64,000 nucleotides of DNA from Myxococcaceae bacterium (GTDB lineage Bacteria > Myxococcota > UBA727 > JABDBI01). The position numbers and the translations under genes are program-made. The stretch's first letter is position 1; the number at the start of each line of letters is the position of its first letter. The notes below the pieces were generated by a model. The model worked only from the letters and a program-made list of their open reading frames with translations, was not told the DNA's origin and searched no databases. Shown here piece after piece: positions 1 to 8,319 of the stretch. The stretch is from positions 77,893 through 141,892 of the forward strand of contig JAECQY010000003.1 in NCBI GenBank assembly GCA_016000045.1, given 5' to 3'.

Positions 1-1
1 C

Positions 2-616
2 ACCAAGCTACTTTGGATGCCTTTGCTGGCTTCACCGCTGGTGGCGTTTGCATTCTCTCGAGCCATTCGTCGGGTGACTCACAAAGCCATCGATCGAAAT
101 GATACGCTTGCACGCGTTGAAAAGGTTTTTGCTTGGATTCAAGTAATTACAGCTTGTTTTATGGCTTTTGCCCATGGCAGCAACGATGTCTCCAATGCGA
201 TTGGACCTGTAGCGGCGGTGATTGCGATCGCTTTTAGCCACCACATCGTCATTACTTCTCAGGTTCCATGGTGGTTGCTGGGAATGGGCGGTATTGGAAT
301 TGTGTTAGGGCTTGCGACTTACGGTCGAAAGGTGATTGAAACCATCGGTCATAGTATTACCGAGATTACGCCAACTCGGGGGTTTGCGGCTGAATTTGGA
401 GCCGCTTTTACGATTTTGGTCGGGAGTCACTTTGGGCTTCCGCTGAGCACCACACAAGTATTAGTCGGAGCGGTGATTGGAGTCGGGCTTGCAAGAGGCA
501 TTTCTGGACTTAATCTGATCGTGATTCGCCGAATTCTGAATTCGTGGATCATCACCATGCCAGCAACTTGTGCCATTTCCATGGTTCTAAACGGGTTGAT
601 CGGCCTCTTCATCTAG
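2..616 (+). CDS. Inorganic phosphate transporter, PiT family (3-prime portion; gene starts upstream of the window)
   Basis: The frame is open to the window edge. The product is a polytopic membrane protein carrying the FAHGSNDVSNAIGP motif typical of PiT/PHO4 transporters. Confidence 0.85.
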   Translation, partial: TKLLWMPLLASPLVAFAFSRAIRRVTHKAIDRNDTLARVEKVFAWIQVITACFMAFAHGSNDVSNAIGPVAAVIAIAFSHHIVITSQVPWWLLGMGGIGIVLGLATYGRKVIETIGHSITEITPTRGFAAEFGAAFTILVGSHFGLPLSTTQVLVGAVIGVGLARGISGLNLIVIRRILNSWIITMPATCAISMVLNGLIGLFI

Positions 617-949
617 CCCTTGAGCGTTTTCAGGCAGCATGTTCAGCACGGTATTGACATCCAGTAGAGCGTTCTGAGCTTGGAGTGCTAGATTCGTTTT
701 CAAGCGATTCAACTGTTCTTCTTTTTCAAAAAGCTGATCCGCTAAATTCATATTCAGCAAAAGAGACATCTGATGCGCAGAAGCTGTTTTCGCTGCTCGT
801 TTAATTTCTTCTAATTTGCTTGAGACAAAATTTGCAAGACCGTGCAGGTAAGCATCGGACTTTTCCGTCCGAACCTGGAAGCGTTGGCCTTGCAGAGTCA
901 CCTCAACTTTTCGTTTTTCGCCGCTATTCATGCGGGGAGAGCCTAACAC
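587..949 (-). CDS. zapA: Cell division protein ZapA-like
   Basis: A 120-aa ORF. The N-terminal strand pattern (VEVTLQGQRFQV) followed by a helical coiled-coil tail matches the ZapA layout as I recall it. An alternative start is at 931. The 3-prime end overlaps the convergent PiT gene by 30 nt. Confidence 0.6.
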   Translation of the reverse strand: MLGSPRMNSGEKRKVEVTLQGQRFQVRTEKSDAYLHGLANFVSSKLEEIKRAAKTASAHQMSLLLNMNLADQLFEKEEQLNRLKTNLALQAQNALLDVNTVLNMLPENAQGLDEEADQPV

Positions 950-1016
950 GTGGCAGATACGAAAAACAAGAGCGGTTTCTTCAATAAAACCAAGTTAACA
1001 TAATATTCATTATGGG

Positions 1017-1844
1017 TCACAAGATTTTTAACACGTCCGCCAAAATCGTGGTGACAATTTCAAAGGTGATCCAAAGAATAATGACCCATTCTTGCAAGAA
1101 CGAATAGCGCGTATTCACTTCTTGATTTAAAACCTGCACCAAATCTTTGAGCATATCCATCCGCTTATTAAGGACGTTAATTCGCGCAGTCACTTCTAAG
1201 TCCTGCGAAATCATTCGGTAAAGCGGCTCCAATTCCGAATGCTCCCAGAAAAAATCCGGCGTATCAAAAACATTGGAGTACAAGTTAATCGAGTTTCGCT
1301 CCAAAATAAGCTCGCCCATGACTCGTGTTAGCTGCTTTCTGGAAAGCTGTATGCGACCTTTGACCGCTAAGTCTTTGGGAATATCTTCCATGCTGGCGAT
1401 TCGCTTCGCCATGCGTTTTTCAAAGATTTCGAGCTTAACAGACTGAGCCAAACCGTGCGCAAAAGCCAATTTGGTAACCAAGTCGTTGTTTGGAATCGTG
1501 ATGTCATCTCTCAGAATCTTCGCGACGCGACCAATCGAGTAACGCGATTCTTCGATTTCGATTTCAGGCACCGGGTCGCTTTCAAAGGGCCGTAATCGAA
1601 ATAGGATCTCCTGCTCTTCAGCAATGCTAAGGCCCCACATCACCACGGTTCCATTCGAAAAATAGAAGACGTCCCCTTTGTCTTCTCCTTCATAGTGGTG
1701 AATCACGTGACTGCTTCGAAAATACGTCACCAAAGCCTTTTGCTCTTGCAAATGCTCCAGGAGCTCCTTCATCTGGTAACTGTTGGCTGTACAGTAGGCA
1801 CTGCACCGACGAGAACTTTGTGTTTCCGTAATTTCTACTTGCAT
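1017..1844 (-). CDS. RMD1/DUF155 family protein
   Basis: A 275-aa ORF with one C-terminal TM helix. Overall resemblance to DUF155 (RMD1/Sif2-like) proteins, recognised by eye only. Confidence 0.55.
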   Translation of the reverse strand: MQVEITETQSSRRCSAYCTANSYQMKELLEHLQEQKALVTYFRSSHVIHHYEGEDKGDVFYFSNGTVVMWGLSIAEEQEILFRLRPFESDPVPEIEIEESRYSIGRVAKILRDDITIPNNDLVTKLAFAHGLAQSVKLEIFEKRMAKRIASMEDIPKDLAVKGRIQLSRKQLTRVMGELILERNSINLYSNVFDTPDFFWEHSELEPLYRMISQDLEVTARINVLNKRMDMLKDLVQVLNQEVNTRYSFLQEWVIILWITFEIVTTILADVLKIL

Positions 1845-1872
1845 ATTTATTGCATTAATTTAAACACATTCA

Positions 1873-2727
1873 ATGACTATTGGCAAGAAAATCAGGCTCA
1901 TCGAATCTCGGGTTATCGAAGCGACTCAAGAAACTCAAGATACCTGGACCCTTCATTTTCAAACGGAGGACCGAAATTATTTGCCGGGTCAATTCTTGAG
2001 CATCGACCCCAAGCAATTTCCGGAACTCTCTGAACTCGTTGCCTACTTAGAAGCCAAAAAAGGAAAGCGTGAAGTGGTACGCGCTTATTCCATGGCTTCG
2101 GCACCTCATGAATCAACGGTATCAATTACCATCAAACCCGAAAGATTTTCCCCCGAACATGACGACTACCCCCCTCTCCTATCTCCATTTTTAGCTTCTG
2201 CTGCCATCAAAGGTCGCTTGGTTCGATTTTTAGGTTACACGGGGCCTTACACGCTGCCACTCGATCTACCTGAACACACCGATGAAGTTTTGCATCTAGC
2301 AGCTGGATCTGGCATTGTGCCCAATTTTTCTTTGTTAAAGGACCAATTAATTCAAAACCGGCATCCAGAAGTTCGGCATACTTTGGTTTACGTGAACAAA
2401 ACCGAAGAAGATACGATATTTCGCACGCAGATTGAACTTTTGGCTCATCAGTATCCGGATCGATTTCGTTATGTTCCTGTCCTAACCCGAGAACAAAAAG
2501 CAGGCGTCTTTTATGGAAGACCCACTCTTGACTTGATTCGATCGCTCATGAACGATCCCAATCGAGTCCTCGTCTACGCTTGCGGCTCAGAAGTCTCCAA
2601 GTGGCATAGAAAAAAAGCAGAAATTTCTGGCATTTCACCGACTCCAAGATTTATTGAATCGATTTCTCACATGATGAAAGAAATTGGAATCGATCGAAAG
2701 CGATTCAAATTTGAATCTTATGGATGA
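1873..2727 (+). CDS. Ferredoxin-NADP reductase-like FAD/NAD(P)-binding oxidoreductase
   Basis: Carries the RAYSMAS (RxYS FAD-binding) motif and an AAGSGIVP nucleotide-binding motif, at the length typical of the FNR-like family. Confidence 0.7.
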   Translation: MTIGKKIRLIESRVIEATQETQDTWTLHFQTEDRNYLPGQFLSIDPKQFPELSELVAYLEAKKGKREVVRAYSMASAPHESTVSITIKPERFSPEHDDYPPLLSPFLASAAIKGRLVRFLGYTGPYTLPLDLPEHTDEVLHLAAGSGIVPNFSLLKDQLIQNRHPEVRHTLVYVNKTEEDTIFRTQIELLAHQYPDRFRYVPVLTREQKAGVFYGRPTLDLIRSLMNDPNRVLVYACGSEVSKWHRKKAEISGISPTPRFIESISHMMKEIGIDRKRFKFESYG

Positions 2728-2809
2728 AATTTTCTAGATAATTTAAACATTGTTATAGATTTAATTTTTGTTTATATTTTTATAAAAATAAAAAGTAAAA
2801 ATCCCATCT

Positions 2810-4642
2810 TCAACGCACGCACCGAACAAAGCGCGCATCGCCGACGCTATCTGAGCCGACGAGTCCAAAATCGAAATACACGCTCCACGCATAGGACGGG
2901 GACACACACGAATAACGCGTTGATGTCCAAAAGGTGCCCTGCGGTGTACTCGGAAAAGCCGTCGAGTTGATGGTCGGACCCGGATATGCCACGTGAACAT
3001 CCAGAAGCGTCGATAACTCTTTGATATTCGGAAGACGCCAGCTCAAACCATCCAGATTCAAACCCGTACAATAAGCCTGGGCCCCACCCCAGTTGTAAGT
3101 TCCAGAAACCGTTCGCTGCCAAATCAAGCCCGTCACCGTGTCTAACACCTGTGTGCTGTTAAAAGTATAACGATCCACCTCTCGAACCGCCGACAAGGGT
3201 CGCACACAGCGCGTAAAGCCACTCGCAGGCACTGAAGAACAACTACTATAACCCTGGCTACAAACAAGGCCCGCGTAACCGGCACCGTTGCCATAACTCA
3301 CCCACCAGGCACTCTCAGAGTAACCCTGTAAAGCGTCGGAGGACCAATAGTAACTGCTTTGCGTGCCTGGGAAGAAATCCAGATCCATGCTGGGACCAGC
3401 GCAATTCATCGTATAATCCACCAAGGTTTGAAGTTCCACGTGTGTGGGCAAACGCCAGTCTCCAAGCCCAAACTCAAACAAATTAGCACAATAGGCCTTG
3501 GAAGCTGTCCAATTGCCCGCAGGCGCACTCCCTACCTTTTGCCACTGCAAACCCGTCATTCGATCCGTGATAACCCCTGGAACCGATTCAAGGTAGCGAC
3601 CCGTTTGATTGGCGTTATCTCGATAGACACCGGTTGTCACTTGCCAATTCGCCCACTCAGGGTTCCAAACCACGAGAGCACTGGGGCTGAGGGTCGGGCT
3701 GAACGACTGGGTAGAGCTCAAAGTTTGGGACGCACTGAGAGTCCTGCTTGAGCTTCCACTAATCGACTCCGCATCACTCAGCGTAGGAGTATACTTTCGA
3801 CTCAAGCTTAAGCTCTCGGTGAAAGAATGACTGAGCGTACCCAGCAAACTCAAAGTATTTCTGGAAGAGGCTTTGCTCAAGGTTTGACTCCGTGTTGGTG
3901 CTTGTGAAACGCTTATAGACGCAGTTTGAGAGGCACTGAGAGTCCTGCTTGAGCTTCCCGTGACCGACTCTGCATCACTCAGGGTAGGAGTGTGCTTTTG
4001 ACTCGGGCTTAAGCTTTGGGCAAAAGAGTGACTGAGCGTACCCAGCAAACTCAAAGTATTCCGAGAAGAGGCTTTGCTGAGGGTTTGGCTGAGCGTTGGT
4101 TTTGTTTGCGAAACACTCGCAGACACGGTGCACGTTGGCATCCGATCGAACAAACGAACCGCATAAGACTGGGAGGATAACGATGTCTTACCCGTCCAAT
4201 CCGCGTAAAAACTCACCAATAAAATCGCGCTTTCGGTAATTTGATGCTCGTATTCCAAAGGAAGCAAGGAACTTTGTCCGCAACTCTCCGGTCTGCCCAA
4301 AGCGGTGGTGGAGTTGATCTCACACAAAACGTGCTCGATGTGAGTGTTCATGAAAATAGAACAATTGGCCACAAATTGGCCCGTATAATCCGGCATCGCT
4401 TGAATCGCCGGGGTCAGCTCGGCAAACAAGGCCTTCAGTCCGGTCGAAAACAATTGTTTTTGCTGGGCGGCAGGCAATGTCTGGTTCGAAACGAGCTGCG
4501 TTAGTGCCTGATTCGCCACGGTATCCGTTATCTGGCTTTGATTAAGCCAGGCAGCAATGGCGGCTTGTCCCAAAATCAAGAATACTAAAAGCCTTGCCGG
4601 CCTAAAGCACCGTGCTTGGGTTTTTAGATTTTTCCTAATCAC
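2810..4642 (-). CDS. Secreted DUF1566/Lcl-C-terminal-like (C-type-lectin-like) repeat protein, paralog 1 (N-domain + Ser/Thr linker + modules A and B)
   Basis: Has a signal-peptide-like N-terminus (LLVFLILGQAAIAAW) and a Ser/Thr-rich linker. Two modules follow with the pattern TGLQWQK..W..A..YC..L....DWRLP...EL..L ... RCVR. Paralogous to 6473-8059 and 8320-10683. Confidence 0.85.
   Translation of the reverse strand: MIRKNLKTQARCFRPARLLVFLILGQAAIAAWLNQSQITDTVANQALTQLVSNQTLPAAQQKQLFSTGLKALFAELTPAIQAMPDYTGQFVANCSIFMNTHIEHVLCEINSTTALGRPESCGQSSLLPLEYEHQITESAILLVSFYADWTGKTSLSSQSYAVRLFDRMPTCTVSASVSQTKPTLSQTLSKASSRNTLSLLGTLSHSFAQSLSPSQKHTPTLSDAESVTGSSSRTLSASQTASISVSQAPTRSQTLSKASSRNTLSLLGTLSHSFTESLSLSRKYTPTLSDAESISGSSSRTLSASQTLSSTQSFSPTLSPSALVVWNPEWANWQVTTGVYRDNANQTGRYLESVPGVITDRMTGLQWQKVGSAPAGNWTASKAYCANLFEFGLGDWRLPTHVELQTLVDYTMNCAGPSMDLDFFPGTQSSYYWSSDALQGYSESAWWVSYGNGAGYAGLVCSQGYSSCSSVPASGFTRCVRPLSAVREVDRYTFNSTQVLDTVTGLIWQRTVSGTYNWGGAQAYCTGLNLDGLSWRLPNIKELSTLLDVHVAYPGPTINSTAFPSTPQGTFWTSTRYSCVSPSYAWSVYFDFGLVGSDSVGDARFVRCVR
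2828..2938 (-). other. Hypervariable VR-like tip of module B, paralog 1
   Basis: A hand codon alignment of four copies (2828-2938, 6491-6601, 8338-8448, 9208-9318) shows variation concentrated in codon positions 1-2 with position 3 fixed as C/T. Both flanks are near-identical. Confidence 0.6.
3719..4090 (-). repeat. Tandem duplication of a 201-bp (67-aa) Ser/Thr-rich unit inside paralog 1
   Basis: The protein segment SQTLSKASSRNTLSLLGTLSHSF..TPTLSDAES..GSSSRTLSASQT occurs twice with period 67 aa. The DNA anchor tcaaagtatt is at 3850 and 4051. Confidence 0.85.
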
Positions 4643-4763
4643 GATTCGCCATTGCTAGCGCAAGAGAGAAAGCAAGAAAAGGCTTTGGAGTTCTAAATGG
4701 GATATCAAGAAGCCGCATGGCGTTCTGCTTGATGGAACCCCTGAACCATGAGATACTGCCCCT

Positions 4764-6317
4764 ATGCGCTTTTTTAACACAGCCGGGCCGATTGTCCCCA
4801 GTGACCACTATTTTGTTCCCGGTCGTTCGCATGAATCCGAAATCAGGAGCCTGATAGAACAAAAAAAATATTTCGTGCTTCATGCGCCTCGGCAAACAGG
4901 CAAAACCTCGGGCATCTTAAGCTTGACGGATAAAATCAATCAAGAAGGTCAATATACTGCCCTTTATGTCAATGTAGAACCAGCACAGGCCATGCGAAAT
5001 CATGTGAAGGATGCGATTCGGATGATTGTAGACCAAATTCGGTTGGGGTTATTAGCCTATTTCCCGAATGATCCGGTTTTAAGTTATTTCGATTCGGCTA
5101 GAAAATACGAAGATAGTACTGGCAATGAGTTGGGGGCCTTTCTCCAATTCTGGGCATCTCAGCGCCCAAAACCGATTCTATTGTTTATCGATGAAATAGA
5201 TTCTTTAGTGGGTGATTCATTGATTGCCGTATTGAGGCAGTTACGAGCTGGCTATAGCCAAAGACCTCGCCTATTTCCCTCTTCTGTTTGCCTGATTGGG
5301 GTTCGCGATATCCGAGATTACCCCATCTGGTCTGAAGCCACTCAAGCCGTTATTCAGGGAGGCAGTGCCTTTAATATCAGTGCCAAGAGTCTATTTTTAG
5401 ATACTTTTCATTTTGAGCAAGTCGCTGATTTGTACGCTCAACATACGCGTGAAACGGGTCAGGTATTTGAGGAAGATGCCGTTCGATACGCCTTTGAGCA
5501 AACCGGAGGACAGCCATGGTTAATCAATGCCATGGCCTATCAAGCGTGCTTTGACGATATTAAAGACCGCACGCAACCCATTACGAAAGCCGTGTTCGAA
5601 CGGGCCAAAGAGGTTCTGATCGCCCGGCGAGACACCCATTTAGATGTTCTGATCGATCGCTTGCGAGAACCCAGGATTCATCGAGTTATTAGCGCGATTT
5701 TGTTGGGTGACCCTGTCTTTGACTTACCTCAGGACGATTTGTCTTACTCCATCGACTTGGGCTTGATTAAACGAGATGAGAACAAAAACTTGGTCATTGC
5801 CAATCCCATCTATCAAGAAATCATCCCCCGAGAACTCACCCATGCTATCCAAGCCTCCATGGTCCAACAGACCGCTTGGTATCTAAACTCGGATGGCACT
5901 TTGAACATGCAGAAGTTGCTGGAAGCCTTTGTGCAGTTTTATCGAGAAAATTCAGAAATGTTGGTTCCGAACATGGGCTATAAAGAAGCGGGGCCGCATC
6001 TGCTCTTAATGGCCTTTCTGCAACGAGTCATCAACGGAGGCGGAAAAATCCATCGTGAGTACGCATTAGGGCGTAAACGTGTGGATCTTTTGGTGGAGTT
6101 TAAACACCAACGTTTTGTCATTGAAACCAAGATTGATTACGGCCCTAAAACATTAGTCGATGGTTTGGAACAGACCGCAGATTACATGGATAAAAACAAT
6201 TCCACCCAGGGCCACCTCTTGTTGTTTGACACCAAGAGTCAAAAGACTTGGGATGAAAAGATTTATCAAAAGGCCCACTCAGTTGGCTTGCGAAGCATTC
6301 AAGTATGGGGGCTATAG
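4764..6317 (+). CDS. Predicted AAA-ATPase with C-terminal PD-(D/E)XK nuclease-like domain
   Basis: The N-terminus is MRFFNTAGP...HY, followed by a Walker A (APRQTGKTS) and Walker B (LLFIDEID). The C-terminus RVDLLVEF...FVIETK fits a PD-(D/E)xK motif. The layout resembles AAA-ATPase_like plus PDDEXK_9 proteins. Confidence 0.75.
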   Translation: MRFFNTAGPIVPSDHYFVPGRSHESEIRSLIEQKKYFVLHAPRQTGKTSGILSLTDKINQEGQYTALYVNVEPAQAMRNHVKDAIRMIVDQIRLGLLAYFPNDPVLSYFDSARKYEDSTGNELGAFLQFWASQRPKPILLFIDEIDSLVGDSLIAVLRQLRAGYSQRPRLFPSSVCLIGVRDIRDYPIWSEATQAVIQGGSAFNISAKSLFLDTFHFEQVADLYAQHTRETGQVFEEDAVRYAFEQTGGQPWLINAMAYQACFDDIKDRTQPITKAVFERAKEVLIARRDTHLDVLIDRLREPRIHRVISAILLGDPVFDLPQDDLSYSIDLGLIKRDENKNLVIANPIYQEIIPRELTHAIQASMVQQTAWYLNSDGTLNMQKLLEAFVQFYRENSEMLVPNMGYKEAGPHLLLMAFLQRVINGGGKIHREYALGRKRVDLLVEFKHQRFVIETKIDYGPKTLVDGLEQTADYMDKNNSTQGHLLLFDTKSQKTWDEKIYQKAHSVGLRSIQVWGL

Positions 6318-6472
6318 CACACTCCTTTGTCTAGGCCAAATTAAGCCAATTTAAAATGAGTATCATACGAATTTTCCAACAGATGAACAAATTTTACGCA
6401 TATTTCTAAATGTCTTCATAGGTTTTATTTTTGTCTATATTTTTATAAAAATAAAAAGTAAAAATCCCGTCT

Positions 6473-8059
6473 TCAACGCACGCAGCGAACATAGTAGGGA
6501 GGACTGATGCCATACGTGCTGACGTTGCCATAACCGAAATACACGACCCACGCACCGGACGGGGACGTGCAAGAATAAGGCGTTGATGTCCAAAACCAAC
6601 TCTGAGGCGTGCTTGGAAAAGCCGTCGTGTTCATTGTTGGACCCGGAGATGCTACGCGAACATCCAGAAGCGTCGACAATTCTTTGACATTGGGAAGACG
6701 CCAGCTCAAACCGTCCAGATTCAAACCCGCACAATAAGCCTGTGCAGAACTCCAGTTATAGGTTCCAGAAACCGTTCGCTGCCAAATCAAGCCCGTTACG
6801 GTGTCCAGAACCTGCGTGTTGTTAAAAGTATAACGATCTATCTCTCGATCTGCTGACGAGGGCCGCACACAGCGTGTAAAGCCACTCGCCGGCACTGAAG
6901 AACAACCACCATAACCCTGGCTGCAAACAAGACCTGCGTAATAGGAACCGTTGCCGTAACTCACCCACCAGGCACTGCCTGGGTAACCCTGTAAAGCGTC
7001 GGAGGACCAATAGTAACTGCTGGTTTGAGTGCCTGGGAAAAAATTCAGATCCAGGCAGGGGCCAGCGCAATCCATCGTGTAATCGACCAAGGTCTGAAGT
7101 TCCACGTGTGTGGGCAAACGCCAGTCCCCAAACCCAGACTCAAGCAAATCAGCGCAATAGGCCTGGGCAGCCGTCCAATTGCTAGCAGGTGCACTCCCTA
7201 CCTTTTGCCACTGCAAACCTGTCATCCGATCCGTGATAACCCCTGGAACGGATTCAAGATAGCGGCCCGTTTGATTAGCGTTGTCTCGATAGACACCCGT
7301 TGTTACTTGCCAATTCGCCCATTCAGGATTCCAAACCACCTCATCGCTCGTGCTCAAAGAGTGCGACAGATTAGCCGAGTCTGTTGCGACTGAATCGCTT
7401 GGAGTAATTGATTGAGTAACAGTTTGGCTAAGCGACACGCTCCTGCTCGACAACAAACTCTCTGTAAGACTAATCGTTGAGCTAGCAGAACCCGTGGTGC
7501 TATTATTCATCCGGCTTACGGAATCTGTGTCGGTTTGAGTGCTGTGGCCACTCATGGAATTTGACTGTGTCACAGATTGTGAAAGCGTCGATGGCAATTT
7601 GTCATACAACCAATACATTACCTGGGGATGCTGCACAGGGGCCAGACCCACAATAATGCGTGCCTGGAGAATATTACTCTTGTGTAACTGCGTCAAATAC
7701 TCCGCTGGAAACGGTTGCTCTGCTTCGCAGAATTTCGAAATTTGTCGAACCTCTTCAAATTGCGCATCACATACAATCTGGTTAATTTCAGCATCAAAAA
7801 ACACAGAGCAATTTGAACTAAAAGGCTTCTTGCAACAACCCGGTAAGGCTCCGAGATGAGGCCCAATAAGAGCCCATAATCCTCTCATGGCATTTTGTGT
7901 CACGAGTTCTTTGGATAAAGAGCTTGTTTGATTCTTGAGCTGCGTCAGATTTGAAAACTGTTGATTCAAAAATGCAGAGAAGCCATTTCGAAGCACAAAG
8001 CCTGCTTGAACCGGTAAAAACAGCAATAACAGCCATGAACCCAAACACCGATTCATCAT
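6473..8059 (-). CDS. Secreted DUF1566/Lcl-C-terminal-like repeat protein, paralog 2 (diverged N-domain + Ser/Thr linker + modules A and B)
   Basis: Has a signal peptide (LLLLFLPVQA). Modules A and B are roughly nine-tenths identical to paralogs 1 and 3 at the DNA level by eye, except at the C-terminal tip. The ~50-bp 3-prime flank is shared with paralog 1. Confidence 0.85.
   Translation of the reverse strand: MMNRCLGSWLLLLFLPVQAGFVLRNGFSAFLNQQFSNLTQLKNQTSSLSKELVTQNAMRGLWALIGPHLGALPGCCKKPFSSNCSVFFDAEINQIVCDAQFEEVRQISKFCEAEQPFPAEYLTQLHKSNILQARIIVGLAPVQHPQVMYWLYDKLPSTLSQSVTQSNSMSGHSTQTDTDSVSRMNNSTTGSASSTISLTESLLSSRSVSLSQTVTQSITPSDSVATDSANLSHSLSTSDEVVWNPEWANWQVTTGVYRDNANQTGRYLESVPGVITDRMTGLQWQKVGSAPASNWTAAQAYCADLLESGFGDWRLPTHVELQTLVDYTMDCAGPCLDLNFFPGTQTSSYYWSSDALQGYPGSAWWVSYGNGSYYAGLVCSQGYGGCSSVPASGFTRCVRPSSADREIDRYTFNNTQVLDTVTGLIWQRTVSGTYNWSSAQAYCAGLNLDGLSWRLPNVKELSTLLDVRVASPGPTMNTTAFPSTPQSWFWTSTPYSCTSPSGAWVVYFGYGNVSTYGISPPYYVRCVR
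6491..6601 (-). other. Hypervariable VR-like tip of module B, paralog 2
   Basis: Same hand alignment as for 2828-2938. Confidence 0.6.
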
Positions 8060-8319
8060 TCACACCCCTTCTCGAGGATGTGAAATTGAATCAAATAAGT
8101 ATTATATTTAAATATAAAATAATTAAAATTGTCATACATCTCTAATTCCGAAATAGGAAGAATTATAAATGCAAGCTCAAATCTAAAGCAATTCTCTCGA
8201 CACACTCTAAGTGTTCTCCATAAACGTGACAACCACTATTCCATCCAATAACTCACACGAAATTGCGTGCTCATCAAGGACTCGACATCTACGGCGACGC
8301 AAAGGGCCAGAATCCCTCC

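Noticed and set aside
8060-8319. Intergenic region between paralogs 2 and 3, examined as a possible DGR template repeat. The other gaps at 2728-2809 and 6318-6472 were examined the same way.
   Set aside because: I found no segment alignable to the variable tips and no A-rich AAY-type stretch. I also found no reverse-transcriptase-like ORF (YxDD) anywhere in the six-frame track.
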